Shown: positions 20,127 through 30,026 of the stretch, one piece after another
How positions within the stretch are numbered: position 1 is the first letter of the stretch
Layout: each line of letters opens with the position of its first letter
Assembly (NCBI GenBank): GCA_965205265.1
Contig: CBDBGH010000003.1
Location: 2,432,001 to 2,496,000, forward strand
Direction: 5' to 3'
DNA: 64,000 nt
Origin: Alphaproteobacteria bacterium
GTDB taxonomy: Bacteria; Pseudomonadota; Alphaproteobacteria; Bin95
Made by a program: the position numbers and the translations under genes
Notes under the pieces: model-generated
Databases searched by the model: none
What the model saw: the letters and a program-made list of their open reading frames with translations, nothing else
What the model was told of the DNA's origin: nothing

Positions 20127-20897
20127 ATGTCGGACCGCTTCCTGCCGGGCGTACACGGCCCGCAAGTCGAGGCGGCGTTCGGTGCTGCGCCGGGTAATGA
20201 AGTCGAGAGCGGAAAGTTCGACAGTCCGGAATCATCGGCCGCGCTTGCTGCCAATGCTCTCGGCTTCTTCCTGAACCGGGTGCAGGACTTGCCGCCGCTG
20301 CCGGGTTGCGAGGCGAAGATATGGCCGGCCCGGTCGCTGGCGCTTGAGGCGAGCGTGCGCTTTCCCTGGCGGGGTGGACGCCATCCGGTGCTGGACGGCC
20401 TCATCGCGACGTCTTCCGCACTTATAGGGATCGAATCCAAGCGGTACGAGCCGTTCCGGTCCAAGCGGAAATCATCCTTGAGCGGCGCCTATTGGCGGCC
20501 GTGCTGGGGAGACCGAATGGGCGGATACGAAAGCGTACGGGATACGCTGCGCAAAGATAACCGCTCCTATCTCCAGCTCGATGCGGCGCAACTGTTCAAG
20601 CACGCCTTCGCCCTGCGGACGGATGTTCACCGCGAAGGGCCGCACAAGGGCCTGCAACCGATCCTCTTCTATCTCTACGCCGAGCCGGATGCCTGGCCGC
20701 TCGACGGGAGAAAGGTGGATCGGAGCGCAAGGGCGCGGCACCGCGAGGAGATCGAGCAATTCGCCGCTGCCGTTGCAGGCGACGAAGTTGCGTTCGTCGC
20801 CTGCTCTTACAGGACGCTGCTCGGATGCTGGGCGTCCGGCGAGCAACCGGCCATCCGCGCCCACGCGCAGGCAGTCCTCGGACGCTATTCGCCCTGA
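20127..20897 (+). CDS. Putative PD-(D/E)xK nuclease (PGN_0703-like)
   Basis: SPESSAALAAN, HPVLDGLI, GIESKRYEP, QLDAAQLFKH, LFYLYAEP. Confidence 0.6.
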   Translation: MSDRFLPGVHGPQVEAAFGAAPGNEVESGKFDSPESSAALAANALGFFLNRVQDLPPLPGCEAKIWPARSLALEASVRFPWRGGRHPVLDGLIATSSALIGIESKRYEPFRSKRKSSLSGAYWRPCWGDRMGGYESVRDTLRKDNRSYLQLDAAQLFKHAFALRTDVHREGPHKGLQPILFYLYAEPDAWPLDGRKVDRSARARHREEIEQFAAAVAGDEVAFVACSYRTLLGCWASGEQPAIRAHAQAVLGRYSP

Positions 20898-21427
20898 GCG
20901 CCGCGCCGAAACTCCCCCGCCCGCATCCCGTATCTCAGCATCTCCAATCCGAAGGCGCGGACGAGGCCGGGGCTGCGTTTCATGCCGAGGCGCTCCAGCA
21001 CGGCGATGGAGGCGGCGTTCTCCGGCAGGACGAAGGCCGCGACCTCCGGCAGGGCCAGCCGGTCGAAGCCGCAGGCCAGCGCGGCGTGCCCGCCCTCGGT
21101 CGCATAGCCCCGCCCCTGCGCACCGGGATCGATCAGGAACAGGAGCTCGGTCTCGCCCAGGTCCGGCAGCCGCCGGAGCCCCAGATGCCCGACAAGGCGG
21201 CCCGTGGCGCGTTCGACGACTGCCCAGGGACCGTAACCGTCCCGCACCCATGCCTCGCGGAAGGCTGCGACCGCCGCATCGGCACGGCGCGCGGCTTCCG
21301 CCGGGTCCTCCGTATGGCTCGGCAGAAAGCGCGTCACGCCGGGCTTCAGGCGGATCGCCCGATAGGCCGGCCCGTCGGCCTCCTGGAAGGGGCGCAGCAG
21401 CAGCCGGGCGGTCTCGATCCGGTCCAT
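20885..21427 (-). CDS. GNAT N-acetyltransferase (RimJ/RimL-like)
   Basis: IETARLLLRPF, QGRGYATEG, ENAASIAVLERLG. Confidence 0.9.
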   Translation of the reverse strand: MDRIETARLLLRPFQEADGPAYRAIRLKPGVTRFLPSHTEDPAEAARRADAAVAAFREAWVRDGYGPWAVVERATGRLVGHLGLRRLPDLGETELLFLIDPGAQGRGYATEGGHAALACGFDRLALPEVAAFVLPENAASIAVLERLGMKRSPGLVRAFGLEMLRYGMRAGEFRRGAQGE

Positions 21428-21446
21428 GCCGCCGCTCCGTCCCCGT

Positions 21447-21974
21447 TCAGCTCCGCCGCTTGGGCTTGCCGTGGACATGCGGGGCGAGCGGCTCGGGCGG
21501 GCCGCCGGGGCTGAGCGGGCGGGGGGCGAAGCGGCCGAGGGTCAGCGCGCGGTCGTACATCACGATGGCGCCCGCCATGGCGACATTGACGCAGAAGGAT
21601 GTGGGGATACGGACGACATGCGCGCAGCGCTCCAGCACCGGGCCGGAGAGCGAGTCGCGCTCGGGGCCCAGGATATAGGCCGCGCGCGCCGGGTGGCGGA
21701 AGCTCGGCAGCGCCACCGCCTCGTCCAGAAGCTCCACGCCCACCAGCGCGCAGCCGCGCGGCAGCACCATGGCGCCCGCATCGGGAAAGGCGTAGAGCGG
21801 CACCTTGCCCGGCGCATGGGAAGTATCGCCGCCTCCCCGCCCGGCGCGCTCCGCATAGCTCGCACCCACGGTGAACAGGAAACTCGCGCCGAAGGCCTGC
21901 GCCGAGCGGAACAGGTTGCCGGCGTTGAGCGGCTTGCTCAGCCCCTCGACGCCGATGCCGAAATAGCCTTTCAT
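21447..21974 (-). CDS. SpoU/TrmH family RNA methyltransferase
   Basis: KPLNAGNLFRSAQAFG, LGPERDSL, CVNVAMAG. Confidence 0.9.
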   Translation of the reverse strand: MKGYFGIGVEGLSKPLNAGNLFRSAQAFGASFLFTVGASYAERAGRGGGDTSHAPGKVPLYAFPDAGAMVLPRGCALVGVELLDEAVALPSFRHPARAAYILGPERDSLSGPVLERCAHVVRIPTSFCVNVAMAGAIVMYDRALTLGRFAPRPLSPGGPPEPLAPHVHGKPKRRS

Positions 21975-22012
21975 GACGGCGCCGATTCTGGACTTGGGAG
22001 GCGGGGCTGTCC

Positions 22013-23023
22013 ATGCGCGCGGTGGTCGTGGATGACTGGAAACCGTTCGACGAACTCGAAATCCGCGAGACGCCGCCGCCGGCGCTCGGGCCCCGCCATG
22101 TGCGCATAAGCGGGCGGGCCTGCGGCATATCCTTCGCCACCTCGCTGGTGGTCCGGGGCCGCTACCAGCGCAAGCCGCCGCGCCCCTTCGTTCCCGGCAC
22201 CGAATATGCGGGCGTCGTCACCGAGGTCGGCGCGGAGGTCACGCGCTTCCGGCCGGGAGACCGGGTGCTGGCGGTGCTCGACTGGGGCGGCCTGGCGGAG
22301 GAAGCCGCCGCGCTGGAGGTCAACACCTTCGCCATCCCGGAAACCATGGAGTTCCGCCACGCCATCGCCTTCACCAACTCCTACCACACCTCCTACGCCG
22401 CGCTTTGCTGGCCGAACATGCTGCGGCTCGCCAGGGGCGAAACGCTGCTGGTCCACGGCGCGGCGGGCGGCGTCGGCATCGCGGCCGTTGAGATCGGCAA
22501 AATCCTGGGCGCGCGGGTGATCGCGACGGCGGGCTCGGCCGAGAAGCTGGCGGCCGCGCGCGAGCACGGCGCGGACCATGCGATCAACTACCGCGAGGCG
22601 GATTTCCGCGAGGAAGTGCTGGCGCTGACCGACGGACGCGGGGCGGATGTCATCTACGACCCGGTCGGCGGCGAGGTCTTCGACCGGTCGCTGCGCTGCA
22701 TCGCCTTCGAGGGGCGCATCATGCCGGTGGGTTTCGCCGGGGGCGCGATCCAGCAGATCCCGGCCAACATCCTGCTGGTCAAGACGGTGAGCGTGGTAGG
22801 CATGAACTTCGGCACTTATGTCGGCTGGAGCCCGAAGGATATCCGCTACGAGATGGAGGACCGGCTGCGGGCCGGCATGGACAGGCTCTTCGCCTGGTTC
22901 GAGGAGGGCCGGCTCAAACCGCGCGTTGACATGACCTTCCCGCTGGAAGGCTTCAAGGACGCAATGGCGGCGGTGCTGTCGCGCCGTGCGATAGGCCGGG
23001 TCGCCGTGGTGATGGACGCATGA
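22013..23023 (+). CDS. NADPH:quinone oxidoreductase (MDR family)
   Basis: FVPGTEYAG, HGAAGGVG, YDPVGG. Confidence 0.92.
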   Translation: MRAVVVDDWKPFDELEIRETPPPALGPRHVRISGRACGISFATSLVVRGRYQRKPPRPFVPGTEYAGVVTEVGAEVTRFRPGDRVLAVLDWGGLAEEAAALEVNTFAIPETMEFRHAIAFTNSYHTSYAALCWPNMLRLARGETLLVHGAAGGVGIAAVEIGKILGARVIATAGSAEKLAAAREHGADHAINYREADFREEVLALTDGRGADVIYDPVGGEVFDRSLRCIAFEGRIMPVGFAGGAIQQIPANILLVKTVSVVGMNFGTYVGWSPKDIRYEMEDRLRAGMDRLFAWFEEGRLKPRVDMTFPLEGFKDAMAAVLSRRAIGRVAVVMDA

Positions 23024-24099
23024 CGATGGCGGGGCTGAGGGCAATCCCGGCCGCCTTGCTGGCGCTCTTGCTCACCGCCTGCTCCGGCGTGGACCGGCCC
23101 GGCGTGCCCGCAACCGGCGCCGAGAAGCTGGAGGCGCGCCGCCTGTTGCAGGCGGGCGCCATTTCCCGGCAGAGGCAACTCGACGAAGCGGCCCAGCATG
23201 CCTCGCTCGCGCGCGTCGTCCGCCATATCCGCCCGGCGGCGCATCGCGTCTGCCAGCGCATGCGGGGCGCGAATTGCAATGCGATCCTGACTCTCAGCCC
23301 GCTCCGCTCGCCTGACAGGGAGATCAACGCCCATGTCGATGGCAGCCACCGGGTGACGATGAATGCGGGCCTGCTGCACGCCTCCGGGTCGGACGAGGAA
23401 ATCGCCGCCGTGCTGGCGCACGAATACGGCCATGTCATCGCCGACCATATCGACAAGCGCATGAAGGATGCCAGCGTCGGCGCGCTGGGCGGGCTTCTCG
23501 GCGGCGCGTTGATCGGGGCGGTTATCTGCGACCGTTCGAATGACGACTGCATGGGGGACATGGTGCGGACGGGCGGGCAATTCGGCCTCGGCATGGGCGC
23601 GCTCGCCTATTCGCAGCAGCACGAGCTGGAGGCGGACTATTACTCGGCGCTCATTCTGGCGGAAGCGGGCGTGCCGCTGGAGGCGGGGGAGCGGATGCTG
23701 ATGCGGCTCGCGCGCACCAAGGAGGGCCGGGAGGGCGGTTACGGACAACTCGGCATGGCGATGGCGCGCTCCCATCCCGCCAATGACGAGCGCATCGCCC
23801 GCTGGATCGCGAACCGGCGCGCGCTCCAACACGCCCTTGCCACCGGGCTTTCCACCGACGCCGCGCTGGCTTCCGAAGCGCGGCGCCGGGTGCTCGAAAG
23901 GGGCCTCGCCGAAACGCGCTGGGCCAATCCCGGCACCGGGCATAGCGGCGTCATATCGGTGAAGAAGCGCTGGCGCTCCAGCGCTGGCGGGGCCTGCGTC
24001 CGCTACGGCTGGAAGAGCTGGCAGGCGGCGGGCCGCGCCGAAACCGGGGGCGAGGAAACGGCATGCAGACAGGCCGGCGGACCGTGGCGGGTCCGGTAG
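23020..24099 (+). CDS. M48 family metallopeptidase lipoprotein with C-terminal 17-kDa-antigen-like domain
   Basis: Lipobox LTAC, HEYGH, ELEAD, SHP...RI; C-terminal WANPGTGHSG...C...ACRQAGGPW. Confidence 0.8.
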   Translation: MTMAGLRAIPAALLALLLTACSGVDRPGVPATGAEKLEARRLLQAGAISRQRQLDEAAQHASLARVVRHIRPAAHRVCQRMRGANCNAILTLSPLRSPDREINAHVDGSHRVTMNAGLLHASGSDEEIAAVLAHEYGHVIADHIDKRMKDASVGALGGLLGGALIGAVICDRSNDDCMGDMVRTGGQFGLGMGALAYSQQHELEADYYSALILAEAGVPLEAGERMLMRLARTKEGREGGYGQLGMAMARSHPANDERIARWIANRRALQHALATGLSTDAALASEARRRVLERGLAETRWANPGTGHSGVISVKKRWRSSAGGACVRYGWKSWQAAGRAETGGEETACRQAGGPWRVR

Positions 24100-27011
24100 C
24101 GGCCGAACGCGGGTCCGGCGCCCGGGTCGGCGATCCCCGGCTGGCGGCGCGGCTTCGTGCGGAGATCGAGGGCGAGGTGCTGTTCGACCCGTTCGAGCGC
24201 GGGCGCTATGCCACCGACGCCTCCATCTACCAGATCGAGCCGATCGGCGCGGTCCGGCCGCGCTCGGTCGCGGATGTGGAGGCGGCACTCGCGATCGCGC
24301 GCGAGGAGGGCGCGCCGGTGCTGGCGCGCGGCGGCGGCACCTCCCAGGCCGGCCAGACCGTCGGCGAGGCGCTGGTGCTCGACTGCGCCGCGCATCTGGA
24401 CCGCATCCTCGGGATCGATGTCGAAAACCGGCGCGCGCGCGTCGAACCGGGCGTCGTGCTCGGCCGGCTGAATGCGAAGCTGCGGCGGGACGGCCTCATG
24501 TTCCCGGTCGATATCTCGACGGCGAGCCGGGCCACGCTCGGCGGCATGGCGGCCAACAATTCCTGCGGCTCGCGCTCGATCCGCTACGGCAACATGGTCC
24601 ACAACACCCATGCCGTCGAGGCGATCCTGGCCGACGGCAGCCGCCACCGCTTCGCGCGCGTGCCGGGCAATCTCGGCTCCGGCGGCGGCACGCCCGGCTA
24701 TATCGACCTCGTGCGCCGGGTGCGGGCCATCGCCGAACGCGAACGCGACGCCATCGCGCGCGGTTTCCCGGACGTGCTGCGCAAGGTCGGCGGCTACAAT
24801 CTCGAAAGCGTCGATGCCGCCGGGCACAATATGGCGCATCTGCTGGTCGGCTCCGAAGGCACGCTCGGTTTCTTCACCGCCATCGAGGTCGATCTCCAGC
24901 CCGTGCCGCCGCTGAGGGTGCTGGGCGTGTGCCACTTCCCGCGCTTCCGCGACGCCATGGACGCCGTGCCCCGGCTGGTGGCGCTCGGCCCCGATGCGGT
25001 CGAGCTGGTGGACCGCACCATCATCGAGCTCGGGCGCGGCATCCAGATGTTCCGCGAGACCGTCACCGAGGTGGTGCAGGGACAGCCGGACGCGCTGCTG
25101 CTGGTCGAGTTCGGCGGCGAGGACGGGGCGGCGCTGCTCTCCCGGCTGGAGGCGCTGGACGACGCGATGAGCGACCTCGGCCATCCGGGCGGGGTCGTCC
25201 GGGCCGTCGATCCGGCACTCCAGGCCCGCATCTGGGGCGTGCGCGAGGCGGGGCTCAATATCGTCATGTCGATGAAGACCGAGGGCAAGCCAGTCTCCTT
25301 CATCGAGGACTGCGCCGTGCCGCTGGAGGACCTGGGTGACTTCACCGACCGGCTGACGCGCGTTTTCGAGAAGCACGGCACGACCGGCACCTGGTACGCC
25401 CATGCCTCTGTCGGGCTCCTGCATGTGCGCCCGGTGCTGAACCTGAAGCAGCCGCAGGGCGCGGCCGCCATGCGCGCCATCGCGGAGGAAGCCTTCGCCA
25501 TGGTGCGCGAATACAAGGGCAGCCATTCCGGCGAGCATGGCGACGGCATCATCCGCTCGGAGTTCCACGAGCGCATGTTCGGATCTTCGCTGGTGCGCGC
25601 CTTCGAGGAGGTGAAGGACGCCTTCGATCCGTCCGGGTTTTTCAATCCCGGCAAGATCGTCCGCGCGCCGCGGATGGACGACCGCTCGCTCTTCCGCTTC
25701 AAGCCGGGCTACGCGGCAACCCCGCTGGAGCCCGCCCTCGACTGGTCCGAGTGGCCCGGCGGCTTCCTCGGCGCGGCCGAGATGTGCAACAACAACGGCG
25801 CCTGCCGGAAGGCCGATCCCGGCGTGATGTGCCCCTCCTTCCGGGCGACCGGGCGCGAGCGGGACCTGACGCGCGGGCGTGCCAACACGCTCAGGCTCGC
25901 GCTCTCCGGCCAGCTCGGCCCGGAGGCGCTCGTCTCGGACGACATGGCCCGGACGATGGAGCTCTGCGTCGGCTGCAAGGGTTGCCGGCGCGAATGCCCG
26001 ACCGGGGTCGATATGGCGCGGATGAAGGTCGAGTTCCTGCACCATTACAAGGCCCGGCAGGGCCTGACGCTGAGGGACCGGCTGGTCTCCTCCCTGCCCC
26101 GCTATGCGCCGTGGCTTGCGCCTTTCGCCCCGCTGCTCAACGCCGCCGAGCGCGCCCGGCCGCTCAGGACGCTGCGCGAGCGCGCCACCGGTTTCTCCCG
26201 GCACCGCCGGCTGCCGGCCTGGCGGCGGGACCGCTTCGACCCGGCCGATGGCGGGGAACCGGCGAACGGGGGGCGGCAGGCCCTGCTGTTCGCGGATTGC
26301 TTCAATACCGCCTTCGAGCCGGAGAATGCGCGCGCGGCCGCGGCTGTGCTGGAGGCAGCGGGCTTCCGCGTCCGCCATCCGCGCGGGGCCGGCAGTGTGC
26401 GGCCCCCCTGCTGCGGGCGGAGCTGGCTGGCGGCCGGGCGGATCGACCGGGCGCGGGCGGAAATGCGCCGCAGCCTCGCCATGCTGCTGCCGCACGCCGA
26501 GGCCGGCACGCCCATTGTCGGGCTGGAGCCGTCCTGCCTGTTCACCTTCCGCGACGAGCTGCAGGCCGTGCTGCCGGGGCCGGAAAGCGCGCGCGTCGGG
26601 GAAAGCGCCGTCATGCTGGAGAGCCTGGTGTCGGAAGGCGAGGCGGCGGAGCGGCTGGCTTCACGGCTGAAGGCCCTGCCGGAGGGCCGCGCACTGGTCC
26701 ATGCCCATTGCCACCGCAAGAGCTTCGACGGGCCGGATGCAGTCCTGGCCGCGCTCTCCCTTGTGCCGGGCCTGAAGCCGGAGCCGGTCGAAAGCTCCTG
26801 CTGCGGCATGGCCGGCAGCTTCGGCTACGAGGCGGAGCATTACGAGGTTTCGATGAAGATGGCCGAGGCGGCGCTGCTGCCGGCCGTGCGCGCCGGGGGA
26901 CGGGACGCGCTCATCGCCGCCGACGGCACAAGCTGCCGCCACCAGATCGCCGACGGCGCCGGCAGACGGGCCGAACATCCCGCACGCATTCTCGAAAGGG
27001 CGCTTGCATGA
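24063..27011 (+). CDS. FAD-linked oxidase / Fe-S oxidoreductase fusion (YdiJ-like)
   Basis: YATDASIY, GGGTSQAGQ, SGEHGDG, CNNNGAC, CVGCKGCRRECP, CCG motifs. Confidence 0.92.
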   Translation: MQTGRRTVAGPVAAERGSGARVGDPRLAARLRAEIEGEVLFDPFERGRYATDASIYQIEPIGAVRPRSVADVEAALAIAREEGAPVLARGGGTSQAGQTVGEALVLDCAAHLDRILGIDVENRRARVEPGVVLGRLNAKLRRDGLMFPVDISTASRATLGGMAANNSCGSRSIRYGNMVHNTHAVEAILADGSRHRFARVPGNLGSGGGTPGYIDLVRRVRAIAERERDAIARGFPDVLRKVGGYNLESVDAAGHNMAHLLVGSEGTLGFFTAIEVDLQPVPPLRVLGVCHFPRFRDAMDAVPRLVALGPDAVELVDRTIIELGRGIQMFRETVTEVVQGQPDALLLVEFGGEDGAALLSRLEALDDAMSDLGHPGGVVRAVDPALQARIWGVREAGLNIVMSMKTEGKPVSFIEDCAVPLEDLGDFTDRLTRVFEKHGTTGTWYAHASVGLLHVRPVLNLKQPQGAAAMRAIAEEAFAMVREYKGSHSGEHGDGIIRSEFHERMFGSSLVRAFEEVKDAFDPSGFFNPGKIVRAPRMDDRSLFRFKPGYAATPLEPALDWSEWPGGFLGAAEMCNNNGACRKADPGVMCPSFRATGRERDLTRGRANTLRLALSGQLGPEALVSDDMARTMELCVGCKGCRRECPTGVDMARMKVEFLHHYKARQGLTLRDRLVSSLPRYAPWLAPFAPLLNAAERARPLRTLRERATGFSRHRRLPAWRRDRFDPADGGEPANGGRQALLFADCFNTAFEPENARAAAAVLEAAGFRVRHPRGAGSVRPPCCGRSWLAAGRIDRARAEMRRSLAMLLPHAEAGTPIVGLEPSCLFTFRDELQAVLPGPESARVGESAVMLESLVSEGEAAERLASRLKALPEGRALVHAHCHRKSFDGPDAVLAALSLVPGLKPEPVESSCCGMAGSFGYEAEHYEVSMKMAEAALLPAVRAGGRDALIAADGTSCRHQIADGAGRRAEHPARILERALA

Positions 27012-27655
27012 CCGCCATCCATGTCTGGGGCATCGTCTCCATCCGCGCGCTCCGCGTCCACTGGACCCTGCAGGAGCTCGGCCTCGCCTACGGGACGACG
27101 CCGATCCGCACCCGCACGCCGGAGCAGACGGCGCCCGCCTACCGCGCCGTCAACGTGCTGCACAAGATCCCGACGATGGAGATCGACGGCGTGCGCTACA
27201 CCGAATCCGGCGCCATCGCGCTGGAGCTCGCGGCGCGCTTCCGCGACCGGGTGGACCTCTGGCCGGAGGCCGAGCGCGCCCGGGTGCTGGAATGGTGTTT
27301 CTATGTGGCGATGGAGCTGGATGCGACCTCGCTCTACGTCATCCGCCGCCACGGCGACCTTTCGGGGATTTACGGCGAGGCGCCGGTCGCGGTGTCGGGC
27401 GCGCGCGAATACTGGCTGAAGCAGGCGGCAAAGGCCGAGGCGGCGCTGGCCGACGGCCGGCCGTGGCTGCTGGGCGAGACCTTCTCGGTCGCGGACATCA
27501 TGCTCGGCTCCTGCCTCGGCTGGGCCGGTCGCCGCGACGTGGCCGTGCCGCAGGTCCTCCGGGACTACGACGCCCGCCTCCGGGCCCGCCCCGGCCGCCG
27601 GCGCGCCGAGGAAGCCAATGAAGGCCGGATGGATACGACGGCGGGCGGGGGATAA
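27008..27655 (+). CDS. Glutathione S-transferase family protein
   Basis: RVHWTLQELG, KIPT, TESGAI, WLLGETFSVADI. Confidence 0.88.
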   Translation: MTAIHVWGIVSIRALRVHWTLQELGLAYGTTPIRTRTPEQTAPAYRAVNVLHKIPTMEIDGVRYTESGAIALELAARFRDRVDLWPEAERARVLEWCFYVAMELDATSLYVIRRHGDLSGIYGEAPVAVSGAREYWLKQAAKAEAALADGRPWLLGETFSVADIMLGSCLGWAGRRDVAVPQVLRDYDARLRARPGRRRAEEANEGRMDTTAGGG

Positions 27656-27747
27656 AGGCTATTGAAGCAGCAGCAGAATCGGGGTTTCATGTTTCTGTAT
27701 TTGTTCGCAACGCTGCCGGACTCCCGGCGAAGGAGCGGCCGGGTGTG

Positions 27748-29112
27748 ATGGCAAACCGGGAGACCATGCTGTTGCCTCTCGACGACCTGCAAAGCGATAC
27801 GAAGGAGGGTAACGACACCCGGTCGGATTTTCGCGATCTTGCATTTTCCTCGAACCGCAGCGAACCCGTTCATCGGTGGGTTCCGTGGATCGCGGGCTAT
27901 TCCCGCCAATTCGTAACGAGCGCCATCGACACTCATATGGACGGCCCCGGCGCCGTGCTCGACCCTTTTGCCGGTGTCGGGACGACGCTTGTAGAGGCCG
28001 ACCGCAAGGGACACGAGTCGGTCGGCTTCGAGATCAACCCCTATGCGGCGTTCGCGGCGCGCACGAAACTTGCCGCTCACCTCGTCGATACCGAACGCCT
28101 GCGCGGGGCCATCGGCGCCTTCGAGCGCTTCGCCCGCGATGCCGAACGGAGTGGCAGGGAGCCTCATGCAACGCCGCCGTCCGGTTTCAGCACAAGGGCC
28201 GCCTTCTACAGTCCTGAAGTTCAGTGGAAAGTATTGACCGCGCAGGATTTCATTGCGGGCCTCCCGGATTATCTGGTGGCCGACTTTTTCCGTCTCGCAT
28301 TTGCATCGACGATGGTGACCTATTCGAACTATTCCTACGAACCCAGCCTCGGGCGCAAGGCAACGGCCGGCCGGCCCGATGTCGATGACTATCCCGTATT
28401 CGCGGAATTAGCTGAAAAATTGACCGTTATGGCTGCCGACGCGGACTTCTGGAAACGAGATCGAGACAATCGGAAAGAAAGGTGCAGCAAAATACATGGC
28501 GTTTCCTTTTTCGAATTCTACAAGAAAGTAGAGCAGGGAAGCGTCGATCTCCTAATCACCTCACCGCCTTATCTGAACAATTATCACTATAACCGCAATA
28601 CGCGGCCTCATCTGTATTGGCTGGGATTTTGCAACTCTCCCAAGGATTTCAAGAAATTGGAGCAAAGGAATTTTGGAACTTATTGGCAAACAGCCCGGGA
28701 TATGGAACCTGTACCCCTAGATCCCGCGATTGAAATTGCTGAAATCGACTCTCTGATATCCGAACTGCGCGCCATAAATCCCGAAAAAGGAATATACGGG
28801 GGGAAGGGATGGGCCAATTACGCTGCGCTGTATTTCAACGACTGCCTGCGCTTTGCCGAAGGCATGAAATGGTGCCTCCGTCCCGGCGCTACCGCCCTGA
28901 TTGTTATCGGCAACAGCATCCTGCAAGGGATACCGGTGCCGACCGACCGCTTCCTTTCGGAAATCGCCGAACGCGCCGGCATGGAGGCAGTCGGCATTCA
29001 CACACCGCGCGATGCCCGCGTCGGCAACAGCATCGTCAATTCCAGCGTCCGGGTCGGCAAGGCCAATGGCAGCCGTCTGTACGAATCGGTGGTCGAATTG
29101 CGCCGGCCATGA
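27748..29112 (+). CDS. Amino-DNA methyltransferase (alpha-class motif order, SPPY; probably m4C)
   Basis: Motif I VLDPFAGVGTT precedes motif IV LITSPPY; visibly lower-GC middle section. Confidence 0.9.
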   Translation: MANRETMLLPLDDLQSDTKEGNDTRSDFRDLAFSSNRSEPVHRWVPWIAGYSRQFVTSAIDTHMDGPGAVLDPFAGVGTTLVEADRKGHESVGFEINPYAAFAARTKLAAHLVDTERLRGAIGAFERFARDAERSGREPHATPPSGFSTRAAFYSPEVQWKVLTAQDFIAGLPDYLVADFFRLAFASTMVTYSNYSYEPSLGRKATAGRPDVDDYPVFAELAEKLTVMAADADFWKRDRDNRKERCSKIHGVSFFEFYKKVEQGSVDLLITSPPYLNNYHYNRNTRPHLYWLGFCNSPKDFKKLEQRNFGTYWQTARDMEPVPLDPAIEIAEIDSLISELRAINPEKGIYGGKGWANYAALYFNDCLRFAEGMKWCLRPGATALIVIGNSILQGIPVPTDRFLSEIAERAGMEAVGIHTPRDARVGNSIVNSSVRVGKANGSRLYESVVELRRP

Positions 29113-29690
29113 GCGTAGAGCTGTACGACCCTCTGACTTACGAAAACCTTATGGCCGGTCTCGCGCTGCATTTCGGCGAGCAACCCAAAGTCCCTCTGGA
29201 CAGCACCGATGACGTTGCAGGACCGGGAATTTACGCCTTGTTTTACGCCGGCCCATTCGATGCTTATCGCCCGATTTCCGGAACCGACGATCCCATCTAT
29301 GTCGGCAAGGCCGTTCCGCCCGGATCGCGGCGAGGAGAGGATGTCGATGTCGGAAGGCCGGTCCTGCGCCAAAGACTGCGGGAGCACACACGATCTATTG
29401 AGGCCGCGAATAATCTCGATCTCCGGAACTTCACTTGCCGGCATCTGTCGGTGGTTCCCGTCTGGATTACCCTCGCGGAACGTTTCCTCGTCAATCATCA
29501 TCGGCCGCTTTGGAATGTCTGCCTCGACGGCTTTGGGGACCACGATCCTGGACGGGGAAGAAGCGGAAGCGACAGAAGCTGGTGGGATACGCTCCATCCC
29601 GGACGACCTTGGGCGGACAAGCTCCAGGCCAACAAATCGGAGGTCGATGCGTTGACAATAGTCCGCGCGTTCTTCGATTCCGCAGACTGA
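29109..29690 (+). CDS. Eco29kI-family GIY-YIG restriction endonuclease
   Basis: GIYALFY, PIYVGKAVP, RLREH, LAE, PLWN, DGFGDHDPG.GR, WDTLHPGRPWA; ATGA overlap with the MTase. Confidence 0.92.
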   Translation: MSVELYDPLTYENLMAGLALHFGEQPKVPLDSTDDVAGPGIYALFYAGPFDAYRPISGTDDPIYVGKAVPPGSRRGEDVDVGRPVLRQRLREHTRSIEAANNLDLRNFTCRHLSVVPVWITLAERFLVNHHRPLWNVCLDGFGDHDPGRGRSGSDRSWWDTLHPGRPWADKLQANKSEVDALTIVRAFFDSAD

Positions 29691-29793
29691 TACCAGCGGC
29701 TGCAAGCAGGAACCGGTGAGTCTTTGCCGTCGTCCCGGACGGCGCGTCAGCGCCGTTCCGGGCCTCCTGGGGCAGGGGCAATGCCGCAAGGAG

Positions 29794-29838
29794 ATCCCGG
29801 CTCCCCACTCCGCTTCGCTCCGTTCCGGCCGGGGTGAT
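29794..29838. repeat. REP-like palindromic element
   Basis: ATCCCGGC...CGCTTCGCT...GCCGGGGTGA hairpin of the type seen in alphaproteobacterial intergenic repeats. Confidence 0.45.
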
Positions 29839-30026
29839 GCCGAAGGGGGGACCAGTACGCCCCACACTTTCGCGAGGGTAGGCGGCGGGGCGCGTTCTCC
29901 ATGAGCCGCAATCCGGCACCGCTGGTATGAAGCATCGCAAACCGACCCATATTCTGCGTTGGCGGCAATATGGAGCGGATTCCGCTCCATATTATATGCT
30001 GGCGATAACATAGGCCGCCCGCCGCC

